Assembly (NCBI GenBank): GCA_965248835.1
Contig: CBDFLJ010000001.1
Location: 1,984,001-2,048,000, forward strand
DNA from: Alphaproteobacteria bacterium
GTDB taxonomy: Bacteria; Pseudomonadota; Alphaproteobacteria; MPNO01
Reading direction: 5' to 3'
Length of the DNA: 64,000 bases
Under the pieces are notes generated by a model. It was given only the letters and a program-made list of their open reading frames with translations, was not told where the DNA came from and did no database searches. The translations under genes and the position numbers were made by a program. This document shows positions 19,082 to 28,496 of the stretch, in pieces; within the stretch, counting starts at the first letter, position 1; every line of letters begins with the position of its first letter.

Positions 19082-20146
19082 ATGATGGGCAGAACGGGGG
19101 GAATCATGAAGACGTCTTGCAGAAGCGCGCTCGGCGGGCTCGTGGTAATCGGCGCCGTTGTCGCCTCGACGGTTTCGGCACATGCACAGACCAAGATCCT
19201 GAGGGCGGATACGGGCTCACCCGGCGCCGTCTCGCACGCCGTGATCGTCGTCCTCGGCAAGGTCTGGAACCGGGAGCTCGGGACCACGATCCAGGTCAAC
19301 GACAGCCAGACGTTGACGCGCTCGGCGCTCAAGCTCGGCCGAGGCCAGCTCGAGATCATGCCGTTCCCGACGTCGATCTACAAATTCCTCTCCGAAGGCT
19401 CGCGCATGTACGCGAAGAACCTCAAGAAGCAGGCCATCGCCGCATCGAAGAAAGTGCGCTCCCTTTGGGGTTGGAAGGCCGTCGTCTTCCATCCGGTGAC
19501 CTTCGAGGTGGACACGATCAAGACCTTCAACGACATCAAGGGCAAGCGCGTGTTTACCGGCCCGCCCTCGGGGGCGGCAGCAGTCACCTCGGAGACCATG
19601 ATCCGCGCCCTTACCGGATACGAGGCCAATCAGGACTACACCGCCATCCGCCTGCCCTGGGGCGGCGGGCTTCAAGCGATGATGGATGGAAAGCTCGACC
19701 TGTTCATGCGGCCGGATGGGCCGGGCTCGGCGATGATCGAGCAGCTCGGCCTGACCCGAAAGTTCCGCCTTCTCGACGTTGCCGATGCCGGCAACAGGGC
19801 GGCGTGGAGCAAGTGGCTTAGCAGCATCGGCCGCGCGTCCGGCGTGATTCCGGCCGGCACCTACAAGGGGCAGGTCAACGGCGACAAGGACGTCACCGTC
19901 GGCGCGGTCACCTTCCAGGTCGCGGTCAACAGGAACGCGATCACCGATGACATGGCGTACCGGATGACCAAGCTCACCTGGGACAATCTCGAGGAGATCC
20001 ACAAGACCGCCTCGACCCTTCGGACGATCGACAACAGCGCGCCCTTCGTCGGCGTGAACATGCCGCTGCATATGGGTGCGGTGCGGTACTACCGCGAAAA
20101 GGGCATCGAGATCCCGGCCGCGTTGCTTCCGCCCGAAGCCATGTAG
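19082..20146 (+). CDS. TAXI-family TRAP solute-binding protein
   Basis: Signal peptide, IKGKRVFTGPPSG, PLHMGAVRYYREKG; start may be 19106. Confidence 0.9.
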   Translation: MMGRTGGIMKTSCRSALGGLVVIGAVVASTVSAHAQTKILRADTGSPGAVSHAVIVVLGKVWNRELGTTIQVNDSQTLTRSALKLGRGQLEIMPFPTSIYKFLSEGSRMYAKNLKKQAIAASKKVRSLWGWKAVVFHPVTFEVDTIKTFNDIKGKRVFTGPPSGAAAVTSETMIRALTGYEANQDYTAIRLPWGGGLQAMMDGKLDLFMRPDGPGSAMIEQLGLTRKFRLLDVADAGNRAAWSKWLSSIGRASGVIPAGTYKGQVNGDKDVTVGAVTFQVAVNRNAITDDMAYRMTKLTWDNLEEIHKTASTLRTIDNSAPFVGVNMPLHMGAVRYYREKGIEIPAALLPPEAM

Positions 20147-20181
20147 TCGACTTCGATCCGCGCAGGCGCGCGTAGGGTTCG

Positions 20182-22158
20182 ATGCCCGCTGACGCCCGGC
20201 GATCGCCGATCCGGAACCTCCTCGCCGGCGCCTCCTTCGTCGTCGCTCTGGCGATGACGCTGACCGGCATCGCCAACTCGGCGCCGAGCTTCTGGTTCAT
20301 TCCCAAGCTCGGACCGTATCCGAGCGAGATCATCCGTCCGATCATTCTCGCGGCCTCGGTGTTCGTCGTCCTGGTTCGGACGCCGATCGCGGCGGTCCTG
20401 ACGGCGCGTTGGCCCGCGCTGGGCCGCAAGGCTGCGGTCGCGGACGTCGCCGTCATGGCGGCATCGCTCTGGGTGTTCTGGCGCTATTTCACCGACGTGT
20501 CCGAAATCGAAGTCGGGCTGTTCGACTTCACGGCCATTCATCCGGTCATCGCGCTCACCGGCTGTGCCGTCTTCGTCATTCTGTGCTGGCGGGTATGGGG
20601 CGCACCGCTCGCCGTCTGCGGCCTGCTGGCGCTGGCCTATTTCTATACCGGCCACCACTGGCCGTGGATCTTCGAGACCGCGCCGGTGGTGTTCATCGAT
20701 TCGGCCGAGGACCTCTGGTTCAACCTCAATGACGGTGTGCTGGGCACCATCATGGGCATCCTCATCTTCACCGTCTTCCCGTTCGTCATGCTCGGCGTTC
20801 TCCTTGAGCAGACCGGCGGCGGACGGTCCCTGATCAAGATCGCCTTCCACCTGACCCGCAACTTCCGCGGCGGTCCGGCGCATGCGGCGATCCTCGCATC
20901 GGGGCTGTTCGGAACCATGTCCGGCGGCGCCGTCACCAACGTGGTCGCCACCGGCGTCATAACCATTCCGATGATCAAGCGCCGCGGCTTCGATGCCGCC
21001 TTCGCCGGCGGGGTGGAGGCCACCGCGTCGAGCGCGGGCCAGATCATGCCGCCGATCATGGGTGCGGCGGCGCTGGTGATGGCGGATTTCACCGGCATTT
21101 CCTATCTCACCATCATCGTCGCGGCGCTGGTCCCGGCGCTCGCCTACTACGCCAGCCTTTTCACCTCGGTGGTGTTCGAGGCGCGGCGCCTCGGCGTCGA
21201 GGCCGTCCCCGACATGGACGACGAGTTGGCGGTCAATCGCCAGGACATCGTCAACCTGACCATGGTCGTGGTCCCGGTGGCCGTGGTCATGGTGACGCTG
21301 ATCCTCGGGTTCTCGCCCGCCGGCGCCGGCATGCTGGCGATCTATTCGATCATCCCGCTGTCGTTCTGCAACCCGGAGGTGCGCAAGCGCCCGTCCTTGA
21401 TCGTCATCGCGCTGGCCAATGGCGGCGAGACCTTCGCCCGGCTGCTGGTGGCCATCGGTGTCGTCGGCATCGTCGTCGCCGTGCTCGGCGCCACCGGGCT
21501 TCCCAACGATTTCGCCCAGGTCCTGAACGAGCTCGGCGGCGCGCGGCTGATAGTGATGCTGACGATCGCCGCCATTGCCGCGCTGATGCTGGGCATGGGC
21601 ATGCCGACGCTGCCGGCCTATTTGACCATCATCTTGATCATGGGGCCGTCGCTGCAGAATTTCGGCCTGTCGGTTCTGGTCGGCCATTTGTTCGTCTTCT
21701 ATTACGGCGTCGCGTCCTCGATCACGCCGCCGGTGGCGGTGGCGGCCTATGCCGCGGCGTCGATCTCCGGAGCGCCGCCGCTTAAGACGGCGGTCTACGC
21801 GGTCCGCATCGGGCTGGTGAAATTCATCATCCCCTTCGTCTTCGCCTACTACCCGGTGCTCCTGATCGTCGAAGAAAGCGGCGTTCCGTTCGATCTGTGG
21901 GCGTTCGTCTCGGCGGTGCTGCGGCTGATGACGGCGATCTATCTCATCGCCAGCGCCACGCTCGCCTTCGACCATCGAAGATTGCCGGCTTGGGAGATCG
22001 GGGTCCGGCTCCTGCTCGCGCTGGGCGTGTTGCTGATCGACCCGCTGATCCATTGGCCGGCGTTCTTCCTGGCCCTCCTTTTCCTCGCCTGGCACTATGC
22101 GCGCTACGCGCGTCGGCGTGGCTCCAGCCCATCGCCCGACCGGGGAGACGCATCGTGA
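20182..22158 (+). CDS. TRAP fused permease (4TM/12TM)
   Basis: GGPAHAAI, EATASSAGQIMPPIMG, LGMGMPT, ITPPVAVAAY. Confidence 0.93.
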   Translation: MPADARRSPIRNLLAGASFVVALAMTLTGIANSAPSFWFIPKLGPYPSEIIRPIILAASVFVVLVRTPIAAVLTARWPALGRKAAVADVAVMAASLWVFWRYFTDVSEIEVGLFDFTAIHPVIALTGCAVFVILCWRVWGAPLAVCGLLALAYFYTGHHWPWIFETAPVVFIDSAEDLWFNLNDGVLGTIMGILIFTVFPFVMLGVLLEQTGGGRSLIKIAFHLTRNFRGGPAHAAILASGLFGTMSGGAVTNVVATGVITIPMIKRRGFDAAFAGGVEATASSAGQIMPPIMGAAALVMADFTGISYLTIIVAALVPALAYYASLFTSVVFEARRLGVEAVPDMDDELAVNRQDIVNLTMVVVPVAVVMVTLILGFSPAGAGMLAIYSIIPLSFCNPEVRKRPSLIVIALANGGETFARLLVAIGVVGIVVAVLGATGLPNDFAQVLNELGGARLIVMLTIAAIAALMLGMGMPTLPAYLTIILIMGPSLQNFGLSVLVGHLFVFYYGVASSITPPVAVAAYAAASISGAPPLKTAVYAVRIGLVKFIIPFVFAYYPVLLIVEESGVPFDLWAFVSAVLRLMTAIYLIASATLAFDHRRLPAWEIGVRLLLALGVLLIDPLIHWPAFFLALLFLAWHYARYARRRGSSPSPDRGDAS

Positions 22159-23204
22159 ACGGACGCGAGATCCATCTTTGCGGCAGCATTCCGCTGGCCA
22201 GCGCGCATGAGGTGTTCGCCGCCGTCTCGGACAAGCTGGGCCGGGCGGTCAAACGCATCCCCGACGGCGAAACCGGCGATCGGCTGACCTGGATCCGCTG
22301 GCAGGATCATGTGTTCAAGGATCATCCCCAGCTCGACGCCGTCGCGTCCGCCGGCGACTTCCGCAACGCCACCGCGTTCATCGGCGACACGCCGATGCCG
22401 CACACCACCTGGTGGCGGATCAAGGACGGGGTCTCGCCCAACGCGCTGGAGATTCCTCCGCTCGGCTACGCCGAGGCCGCGATCGACAGCTTCGCGGCCT
22501 TCGACGCGCTCAAGAAGGCGGGAAGGATCGACAGCGGCGCGCGGTTTCTGATCGCCGTGCCGAGCCCGTTCAATGTCCTCAACTCGGCCATCGCACCGGC
22601 CGACCGAATCCGCGTCGAGCCCGCCTATGAAGCGCGGATGACGCGGGAGATCGAAGAGGTCGCCCGGACCCTCCCCCATGACCAGATCGCCTGGCAATGG
22701 GACAATGCGCACGACATGCAGGCCTTCGACGGGGCGCGGCAGAGCTATTTCCCGTTCCATCAGGACGGCATCGCCGATCGCCTCGTCGCCTGCGGCGATG
22801 CCGTCCCGCAGGCGATCGAGATGGGCTACCATTTCTGCTACGGCTCGTTCGGCGGCAAGCATTTCGTCGAGCCGCACGACATGGCGGCGATGGTCGACCT
22901 CGCCAACCGGCTCGCCGCCGGGGTCAAACGGTCGATCGAATGGATCCACATGCCGGTCCCGGTCGAGCGCGACGACGAGGCCTATTTCGAGCCGCTGAAG
23001 GACCTCGACCTCCGGCCCGAAACCACGCTCTTCCTGGGCCTGATCCACGACATCGACGGCATCGACGGAACGCGCCGCCGGATGGCGACGGCGGACAAAT
23101 TCGTCGCCGGCTACGGTATCGCCACCGAATGCGGCTTCGGCCGCCGCAAGGCGGCGACGGTGGGGCCGCTGCTCGACATCCACGCGGCGCTGACCGGGCC
23201 GTAG
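22155..23204 (+). CDS. URO-D/MetE-superfamily protein (methionine synthase II-like)
   Basis: HLCGSIPL, IPDGETG, HFCYG, HMPVP, ATECGFGR; GTGA overlap with the permease gene. Confidence 0.75.
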   Translation: MNGREIHLCGSIPLASAHEVFAAVSDKLGRAVKRIPDGETGDRLTWIRWQDHVFKDHPQLDAVASAGDFRNATAFIGDTPMPHTTWWRIKDGVSPNALEIPPLGYAEAAIDSFAAFDALKKAGRIDSGARFLIAVPSPFNVLNSAIAPADRIRVEPAYEARMTREIEEVARTLPHDQIAWQWDNAHDMQAFDGARQSYFPFHQDGIADRLVACGDAVPQAIEMGYHFCYGSFGGKHFVEPHDMAAMVDLANRLAAGVKRSIEWIHMPVPVERDDEAYFEPLKDLDLRPETTLFLGLIHDIDGIDGTRRRMATADKFVAGYGIATECGFGRRKAATVGPLLDIHAALTGP

Positions 23205-23316
23205 CGCGGCCGGGCCGGCGGCGCGCAACAGCGGCAACGCGAGGCCTGTACAACCCCTGCCCGGCCCCGCCGGCGGACGATCGGGATTGCACCTTGCGCC
23301 AAGAGTGTGGTCCCCT

Positions 23317-24186
23317 ATGCGCGACATGGCGGGCAAATCGCTGAGCTATCACGACGGCGCGTGGCTGGACGGTAATCCGCCGATCCTGGGGCCGATGGAC
23401 CATTCCTGGTGGATGGGCTCCACGGTGTTCGACGGCGCGCGGGCCTTCGGCGGGCTGGCGCCGGACCTCGATCTGCACTGCCGGCGGGTGGTGCGCTCGG
23501 CCGAAGCTTTCGGGATCGCGCCCGAGATCGACGCCGCGGCGATCGAGGCGCTGTGCTGGGAGGGGATCGAGCGGTTCGATGCCGACGCCGAGCTCTACAT
23601 CCGGCCGATGTTCTATTTCCGCGACGGGTTCGTGGTGCCGGACTATGCCAGCGGTCGCTTCATCCTGACGATCTTCGAATCGCCGATGCCCAAGTGGCGC
23701 GGCTTGAGCGCCTGCCTTGTACCGTTCCGCCGCCCGGCCCCGGACATGGCCCCGACCAACGCCAAGGCTTCGTGTCTTTACCCCAACGTGATCCGCTCGA
23801 TGACCGCCGCCCGCGCCAAGGGCTTCGATACCGCGATGGTGCTCGATGCGCTGGGCAACGTCGCCGAGTTCTCGACCAACAACCTGTTCATTGCCCGGGA
23901 CGGCGCGGTGCGCACGCCGGCGGCCAACGGCGCGTTCCTGGCCGGGATCACCCGCTCACGGGCGATCGGGCTGCTGCGCGGCGCAGGCGTCGATGTCGCG
24001 GAGGCGACGCTTACCGTCGCCGACGTGCTGGCCGCCGAGGAGGTGTTCCTGACCGGCAATTACGCCAAGGTCCTGCCGATCACCAGGGTCGAGGACGCGC
24101 AATACGAGATCGGCCCGCTCGCCGGCCTCGCCCGCCGGCTCTATTTCGAGTTCGCGGAACGCGAGGGCCGCCGCCGGGCGGCCTGA
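23317..24186 (+). CDS. Branched-chain amino acid aminotransferase (PLP class IV)
   Basis: VFDGARAF, LYIRP, AKASCLYPN, FLAGITR, GNYAKV. Confidence 0.92.
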   Translation: MRDMAGKSLSYHDGAWLDGNPPILGPMDHSWWMGSTVFDGARAFGGLAPDLDLHCRRVVRSAEAFGIAPEIDAAAIEALCWEGIERFDADAELYIRPMFYFRDGFVVPDYASGRFILTIFESPMPKWRGLSACLVPFRRPAPDMAPTNAKASCLYPNVIRSMTAARAKGFDTAMVLDALGNVAEFSTNNLFIARDGAVRTPAANGAFLAGITRSRAIGLLRGAGVDVAEATLTVADVLAAEEVFLTGNYAKVLPITRVEDAQYEIGPLAGLARRLYFEFAEREGRRRAA

Positions 24187-24211
24187 CCCGGCTCACCCGG
24201 CATCGGCGCGC

Positions 24212-24799
24212 TCAGCCAAGCGCGAACGGGACCTGGTTGGGGCCCGGGATCGGCTCGCCCTCCGGGCCGTTCTCGAAGCCGCGCTGCGCGAAGGTGCCGG
24301 TCTTCTGGCTGCGCACGATGAAGGCGATGGACTTGTTCTCGCCGGCGAACTCCGAGTGGATCTCGTGCGGCGGGACGATGTCCACATCGCCCGGCCCACA
24401 CGCCACCGAGCGGGACTCGCGCAGCGCCTTCTTGCCGGCCGCATCGGTCTCGACTTCGAAGCGGACGATCCGCTCGGTCCCTTCAAGCAGCCCGTAGACG
24501 GTCCAGGACGGTCCGTGGTCGTGGATCGTCGCCCGCCCGCCCGGCTTCTTGATCAGCCCGTTGAGCGCGAACCCGTAGTCGGGATCGACATAGAACAGCA
24601 GGTTGTCGACCTTCTTGCCGTCGAACCCGCCGATCGGCCAGGTTCGGGCATGCGCCTTGAGCGCTTCATCGGCCAGGAGTTCGACCAGGAGCTCGCCGCA
24701 GCGCCGCCAGCGCGCCTCGCCCTCCAGCCCGGCGGCGCAAGCCTCGCGCAGCCTGGCGACGAAGGTTTCCACGGCAGGCAGCATCGCGTCGCGTTCCAT
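24212..24799 (-). CDS. Cupin, cysteine/thiol dioxygenase-like
   Basis: IHDHGPSWTVYG..PHEIHS three-His pattern; start approximate. Confidence 0.75.
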   Translation of the reverse strand: MERDAMLPAVETFVARLREACAAGLEGEARWRRCGELLVELLADEALKAHARTWPIGGFDGKKVDNLLFYVDPDYGFALNGLIKKPGGRATIHDHGPSWTVYGLLEGTERIVRFEVETDAAGKKALRESRSVACGPGDVDIVPPHEIHSEFAGENKSIAFIVRSQKTGTFAQRGFENGPEGEPIPGPNQVPFALG

Positions 24800-24923
24800 C
24801 GGCGGTCTCCCGTATCCGGCACGGACCGTACCCCGGCCGCAAGCGCCGGTCAAAGCGTCCGCCCCTCTGGCCCCGGCCGGCGGCGCTGCGTATCTTCCGC
24901 CACCAACGCCGCGGAGAGCATCG

Positions 24924-25769
24924 ATGACCACCCAGGACCTTTCGGGAACCGTCGCCGTCCTGACCGGCGCGGCAGGCGGGCTGGGCGCGGCGATGACGAC
25001 ATCCCTGATCGATGCAGGCGCGAGCGTGCTTGCGCTCGACCTGTCCGAGGAAGCGCTTCGGCGGCTCGCCGAGACGGTTGCAAGCGACCGGCTGGCGAGC
25101 ATGGCGGCCGACATTCGCCAGCCGGAAAGCTGTGCCGCGGTCATCGATCGCGCGGTCGAGCGGTTCGGCGCCGTCCATGCGCTGATCAACAACGCGGGGC
25201 TGGGCCAATCGAGCATCCGCGAGGACTACTACGTCCGCGGCCTGCGGTTCTGGGAGGTCCCCGACGAGAGCTGGCGGGCGATCCTGGAGACCAACGCGAT
25301 GGCGCCGTTCATGCTGGCCAAGGCGATCGTCCCGCGCCTGGTGGACCAGGGCTGGGGGCGGATCGTCAACGTCACCACCAGCCTGGATACCATGATCCGC
25401 CCGGGCTGGACCCCCTACGGTCCGTCCAAGGCGGCGCTCGAGGCGTGCTCGGCGATCTGGGCGGCCGACCTCGCCGATACCGGGGTCAGCGTCAATGTCC
25501 TGGTCCCCGGCGGGCCGGCCAATACCGCGATGGTGCCGCCGGCATCCTCGCCCGACCGAGCCGCGATGATCCAGCCCGAGGTCATGAAGGCGCCGATCCG
25601 CTGGCTGCTCTCGCGCGAAGCGGACGGGATCACCGGCCGGCGCTTCCTCGGCGTCCGCTGGGACGAGGAAGCGCCCACCGCCGAGGCTGTTGCGGCCGCA
25701 TCGGCGCCCGCCGCCTGGTCGCAGCTCGGGGCGCAATCGGTCTGGCCCGGACAACCGCACGGTGGGTGA
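24924..25769 (+). CDS. SDR family oxidoreductase
   Basis: TGAAGGLG, NNAG, YGPSK. Confidence 0.92.
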   Translation: MTTQDLSGTVAVLTGAAGGLGAAMTTSLIDAGASVLALDLSEEALRRLAETVASDRLASMAADIRQPESCAAVIDRAVERFGAVHALINNAGLGQSSIREDYYVRGLRFWEVPDESWRAILETNAMAPFMLAKAIVPRLVDQGWGRIVNVTTSLDTMIRPGWTPYGPSKAALEACSAIWAADLADTGVSVNVLVPGGPANTAMVPPASSPDRAAMIQPEVMKAPIRWLLSREADGITGRRFLGVRWDEEAPTAEAVAAASAPAAWSQLGAQSVWPGQPHGG

Positions 25770-25912
25770 AATTGCCGTCGCGGGCCGCGCGGTGGTCAGC
25801 GCGCCCGGCAGCCCCGTCCGGCATCCTCGTCCCGCATTGCGGGCGCCTTCGTGCGCGCGGCGTTTCCCACTAGGATCGGCGGCAAAACGAGACGCGAAGG
25901 GCTTGCAGAGAA

Positions 25913-26974
25913 ATGACCGAACGGATCGACTCCGACAGGCTGGCGGGGTTCATCGCCGATGCGATGCGGGCCGTCGGCATGCCCGGGACGGATGCGGCCG
26001 AGGTCGGCCGGCTGATGGTCGCCGCCGACCTCGCGGGCTTCGACGGCCACGGCATCTTCCGGCTGGACGCCTATCTCGCGCGGATCAGGGCCGGCGGGCT
26101 CAACCTCACCCCCGAGATCGTCGTCGCCGCGGAGTCGCCGGCCACCGCCGTCGTCGACGGCGATGACGGGATGGGGCATCTGGTGGTCGCCTACGCCACC
26201 CGCCTTGCGATCGACAAGGCGCGGCAGGCCGGCATCGGCTGGGTGGGCACGCGCAACTCCAATCACGCCGGTGCCGCGTCGGTCTATGCCGCGATGGCCG
26301 CCGATGAGGGCATGATCGGCCTTTACGGCGCGGTCGGCTCGGGCAACAACCTGCCGCCCTGGGGCGGGCTTGACCCGAAGCTTGCGACCAACCCGATCGC
26401 GGTCGCGATCCCGTCCGCCGACGGCGCCCCGGTGGTGCTGGACTTCGCGACCACGGTGGCCTCGATGGGCAAGATCCGGACCACCGCCCAGCGCGGCGAG
26501 CAGATGCCCGAGGGCTGGATGGTCGATCGCGGCGGCGCGCCGCTCACCGATCCCAACCGCGCCGGCGAGGGCCTGCTGCTGCCGATCGGCGGCTATAAGG
26601 GCTATGCGCTGGGCCTGGCGATCGGGCTTCTGGCCGGCACGCTCAACGGGGCCGCGATGGGCGATGCGGTGGTCGACATGAACGGCCGGCCGGGCGATAT
26701 GACCAATACCGGGCAGTTCATCTGCGCCATCGACCCCTCGGTGTTCGGCGATGCGGCGGCGATCGCGTCTCGGGTCGCGGATATCGCGCGCGAGATGCGC
26801 GCCGCCGAGGTGATGCCGGGCTTCGAGGCGGTCCGCGTGCCGGGCGACGGGCGCGCGGACCGCATGGCGGACCGGCGCGCGAACGGCGTGCCCATCCCCG
26901 ACGGCTTGCGCGCCGTCCTCGACCGGCTGGCCGGCGACCTCGACATCGCGCCGCTGGGCGCACGTACCGAATGA
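25913..26974 (+). CDS. Ldh_2 family (malate/L-lactate/sulfolactate-type) dehydrogenase
   Basis: ADLAGFDGHG, NHAGA, TNPIA, LDFATT, GGYKGY. Confidence 0.92.
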   Translation: MTERIDSDRLAGFIADAMRAVGMPGTDAAEVGRLMVAADLAGFDGHGIFRLDAYLARIRAGGLNLTPEIVVAAESPATAVVDGDDGMGHLVVAYATRLAIDKARQAGIGWVGTRNSNHAGAASVYAAMAADEGMIGLYGAVGSGNNLPPWGGLDPKLATNPIAVAIPSADGAPVVLDFATTVASMGKIRTTAQRGEQMPEGWMVDRGGAPLTDPNRAGEGLLLPIGGYKGYALGLAIGLLAGTLNGAAMGDAVVDMNGRPGDMTNTGQFICAIDPSVFGDAAAIASRVADIAREMRAAEVMPGFEAVRVPGDGRADRMADRRANGVPIPDGLRAVLDRLAGDLDIAPLGARTE

Positions 26975-26993
26975 CCGCGAAAAGGAGTAGACG

Positions 26994-27767
26994 ATGACGG
27001 GACAGGCCTTCTCACTCGACGGCAAGACGATCGTGATCACCGGCGCGGGCCGCGGCCTCGGCCAGGCCTATGCGCTGGCGTGTGCGGCGCACGGCGCGCG
27101 CGTGGTCGCCGCCGATGTGCTGGATTGCGCCGAGACGGTCGACGGCATCGAGGCGGCCGGCGGCCAGGCGATCGGCGTCGGGCTCGATGTCCGCGACGAA
27201 GGCGCGGCCGCGGCGATGGCCGACGCGGCCACTTCGGCCTATGGCCGGATCGACGGGCTGGTCAACAACGCCGCGCTCTATGGCGCGCTGACCGGCGGCC
27301 GGTTCGATGCGATCGAGCCCAGCGAGTGGGACGACGCAATGGCGGTCAACGTCAAGGGGATCTGGAACTGCTGCAAGGCGGTGGTGCCGGCGCTGCGCGC
27401 GGCCGGCGGCGGCTCGATCGTGAACATCGCCTCGCTGGCCGCGACCTACGGCATGCCCTATGCGCTGCACTACACGACCTCGAAGGCCGCCGTCATCGGG
27501 CTGACGCGCGGTCTGGCGCGCGAGATCGGCCGCGACCGCATCCGGGTCAACGCGGTCGCGCCCAGCGCGGTTACCACCGAGGGCACGCGGGAGTTCTTCG
27601 GCGCCAAGCACGACACCGCGCTCGAGGTCATCCGTTCGGGCCAGACGCTGCAGCGCAACCTGTCGGCCGAGGACGTGGTGGGCACGGTCCTGTGGCTGCT
27701 GTCCGACGCCAGCGCGTTCACCACCGGCCAGACCATCGCCGTCGACGGCGGGACGGTGTTCTCGTAG
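26994..27767 (+). CDS. SDR family oxidoreductase; its 3' end is duplicated at the far side of the islet
   Basis: TGAGRGLG, NNAA, YTTSK, TGQTIAVDGG. Confidence 0.93.
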   Translation: MTGQAFSLDGKTIVITGAGRGLGQAYALACAAHGARVVAADVLDCAETVDGIEAAGGQAIGVGLDVRDEGAAAAMADAATSAYGRIDGLVNNAALYGALTGGRFDAIEPSEWDDAMAVNVKGIWNCCKAVVPALRAAGGGSIVNIASLAATYGMPYALHYTTSKAAVIGLTRGLAREIGRDRIRVNAVAPSAVTTEGTREFFGAKHDTALEVIRSGQTLQRNLSAEDVVGTVLWLLSDASAFTTGQTIAVDGGTVFS

Positions 27768-27774
27768 GCGCCGG
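27696..27774 (+). repeat. Direct repeat, copy 1 (SDR 3' end; att-like)
   Basis: 79 bp, 77/79 identical to 29920-29998 by manual alignment. Confidence 0.92.
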
Positions 27775-27806
27775 CGCGGCCCCGTTCGAAATCAGCGGCC
27801 CGCCTG

Positions 27807-27998
27807 CCGCGCCGTCTGGTCCTGCTTGACAGTGCGGAGGCGCTCCGGGACCTTGCCGCCTTGCCGGGCAACCGTCTGGAAGCGTTGCGGGGCGACCGCG
27901 TCGGTCAGCACAGCATTCGGATCAACGTGCAGTGGCGTATCTGCTTTCGCTGGACCGAAGAAGGGCCGTGCGATGTGGAGATCGTGGATTATCACTGA
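27807..27998 (+). pseudogene. higB: 5'-truncated HigB (RelE/ParE) toxin
   Basis: RRLVLLDSAEALRDLAALPGNRLEALRGDRVGQHSIRINVQWRICFRW..VEIVDYH*; no ATG/GTG/TTG start between the upstream in-frame TAG (27765) and the conserved block. Confidence 0.88.
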
Positions 27999-28010
27999 GG
28001 GGGTGCGGAC

Positions 28011-28316
28011 ATGAACGCGCGGAACGGGATGAGGCCGGTGCATCCGGATGAGATCCTGCGTGAGGAACTCGAGACGCTTGGGCTTTCGGCCAACACGTTG
28101 GCGAAGGCGCTGGGGGTTCCGGTGAACCGGATCACGATGATCCTGAACGGCCAACGGGGGGTGAGCGCGGACACGGCGCTGCGGTTGGCGCGCTGTTTCG
28201 GAACGACGCCGCAGGTCTGGATGAACCTGCAAAAGACCTGGGACCTTCGTCGGGCGGAGATCGAGGCAGGCCGCGAGTCCGCCGAACGCGTGGCACCGCG
28301 GCAGTCGGCGGCGTAG
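28011..28316 (+). CDS. higA: HigA antitoxin (HTH)
   Basis: MRPVHPDEILREE..LAKALGVPVNRIT..SADTALRLARCFGTTPQVWMNLQ. Confidence 0.93.
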   Translation: MNARNGMRPVHPDEILREELETLGLSANTLAKALGVPVNRITMILNGQRGVSADTALRLARCFGTTPQVWMNLQKTWDLRRAEIEAGRESAERVAPRQSAA

Positions 28317-28496
28317 CGGAGCAAGAGAGGACACCCGTGCCCGACAAAGCGAAGCCATCTCAGAATATGATCCAGATATGATCGACTCACTTAATTTTCA
28401 ACATTGAATTGATAAGTGATAGAAGATCATACTCAACGGTATCGGAGTAATAAGACAAGAGATGTAAGAATTTTATAGAGATCGAGGTGTGGCAAC

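Noticed and set aside
27765-27998. higB stub in frame with the SDR TAG stop (possible readthrough fusion)
   Set aside because: One-in-three chance; no recoding signal seen; the toxin is truncated.
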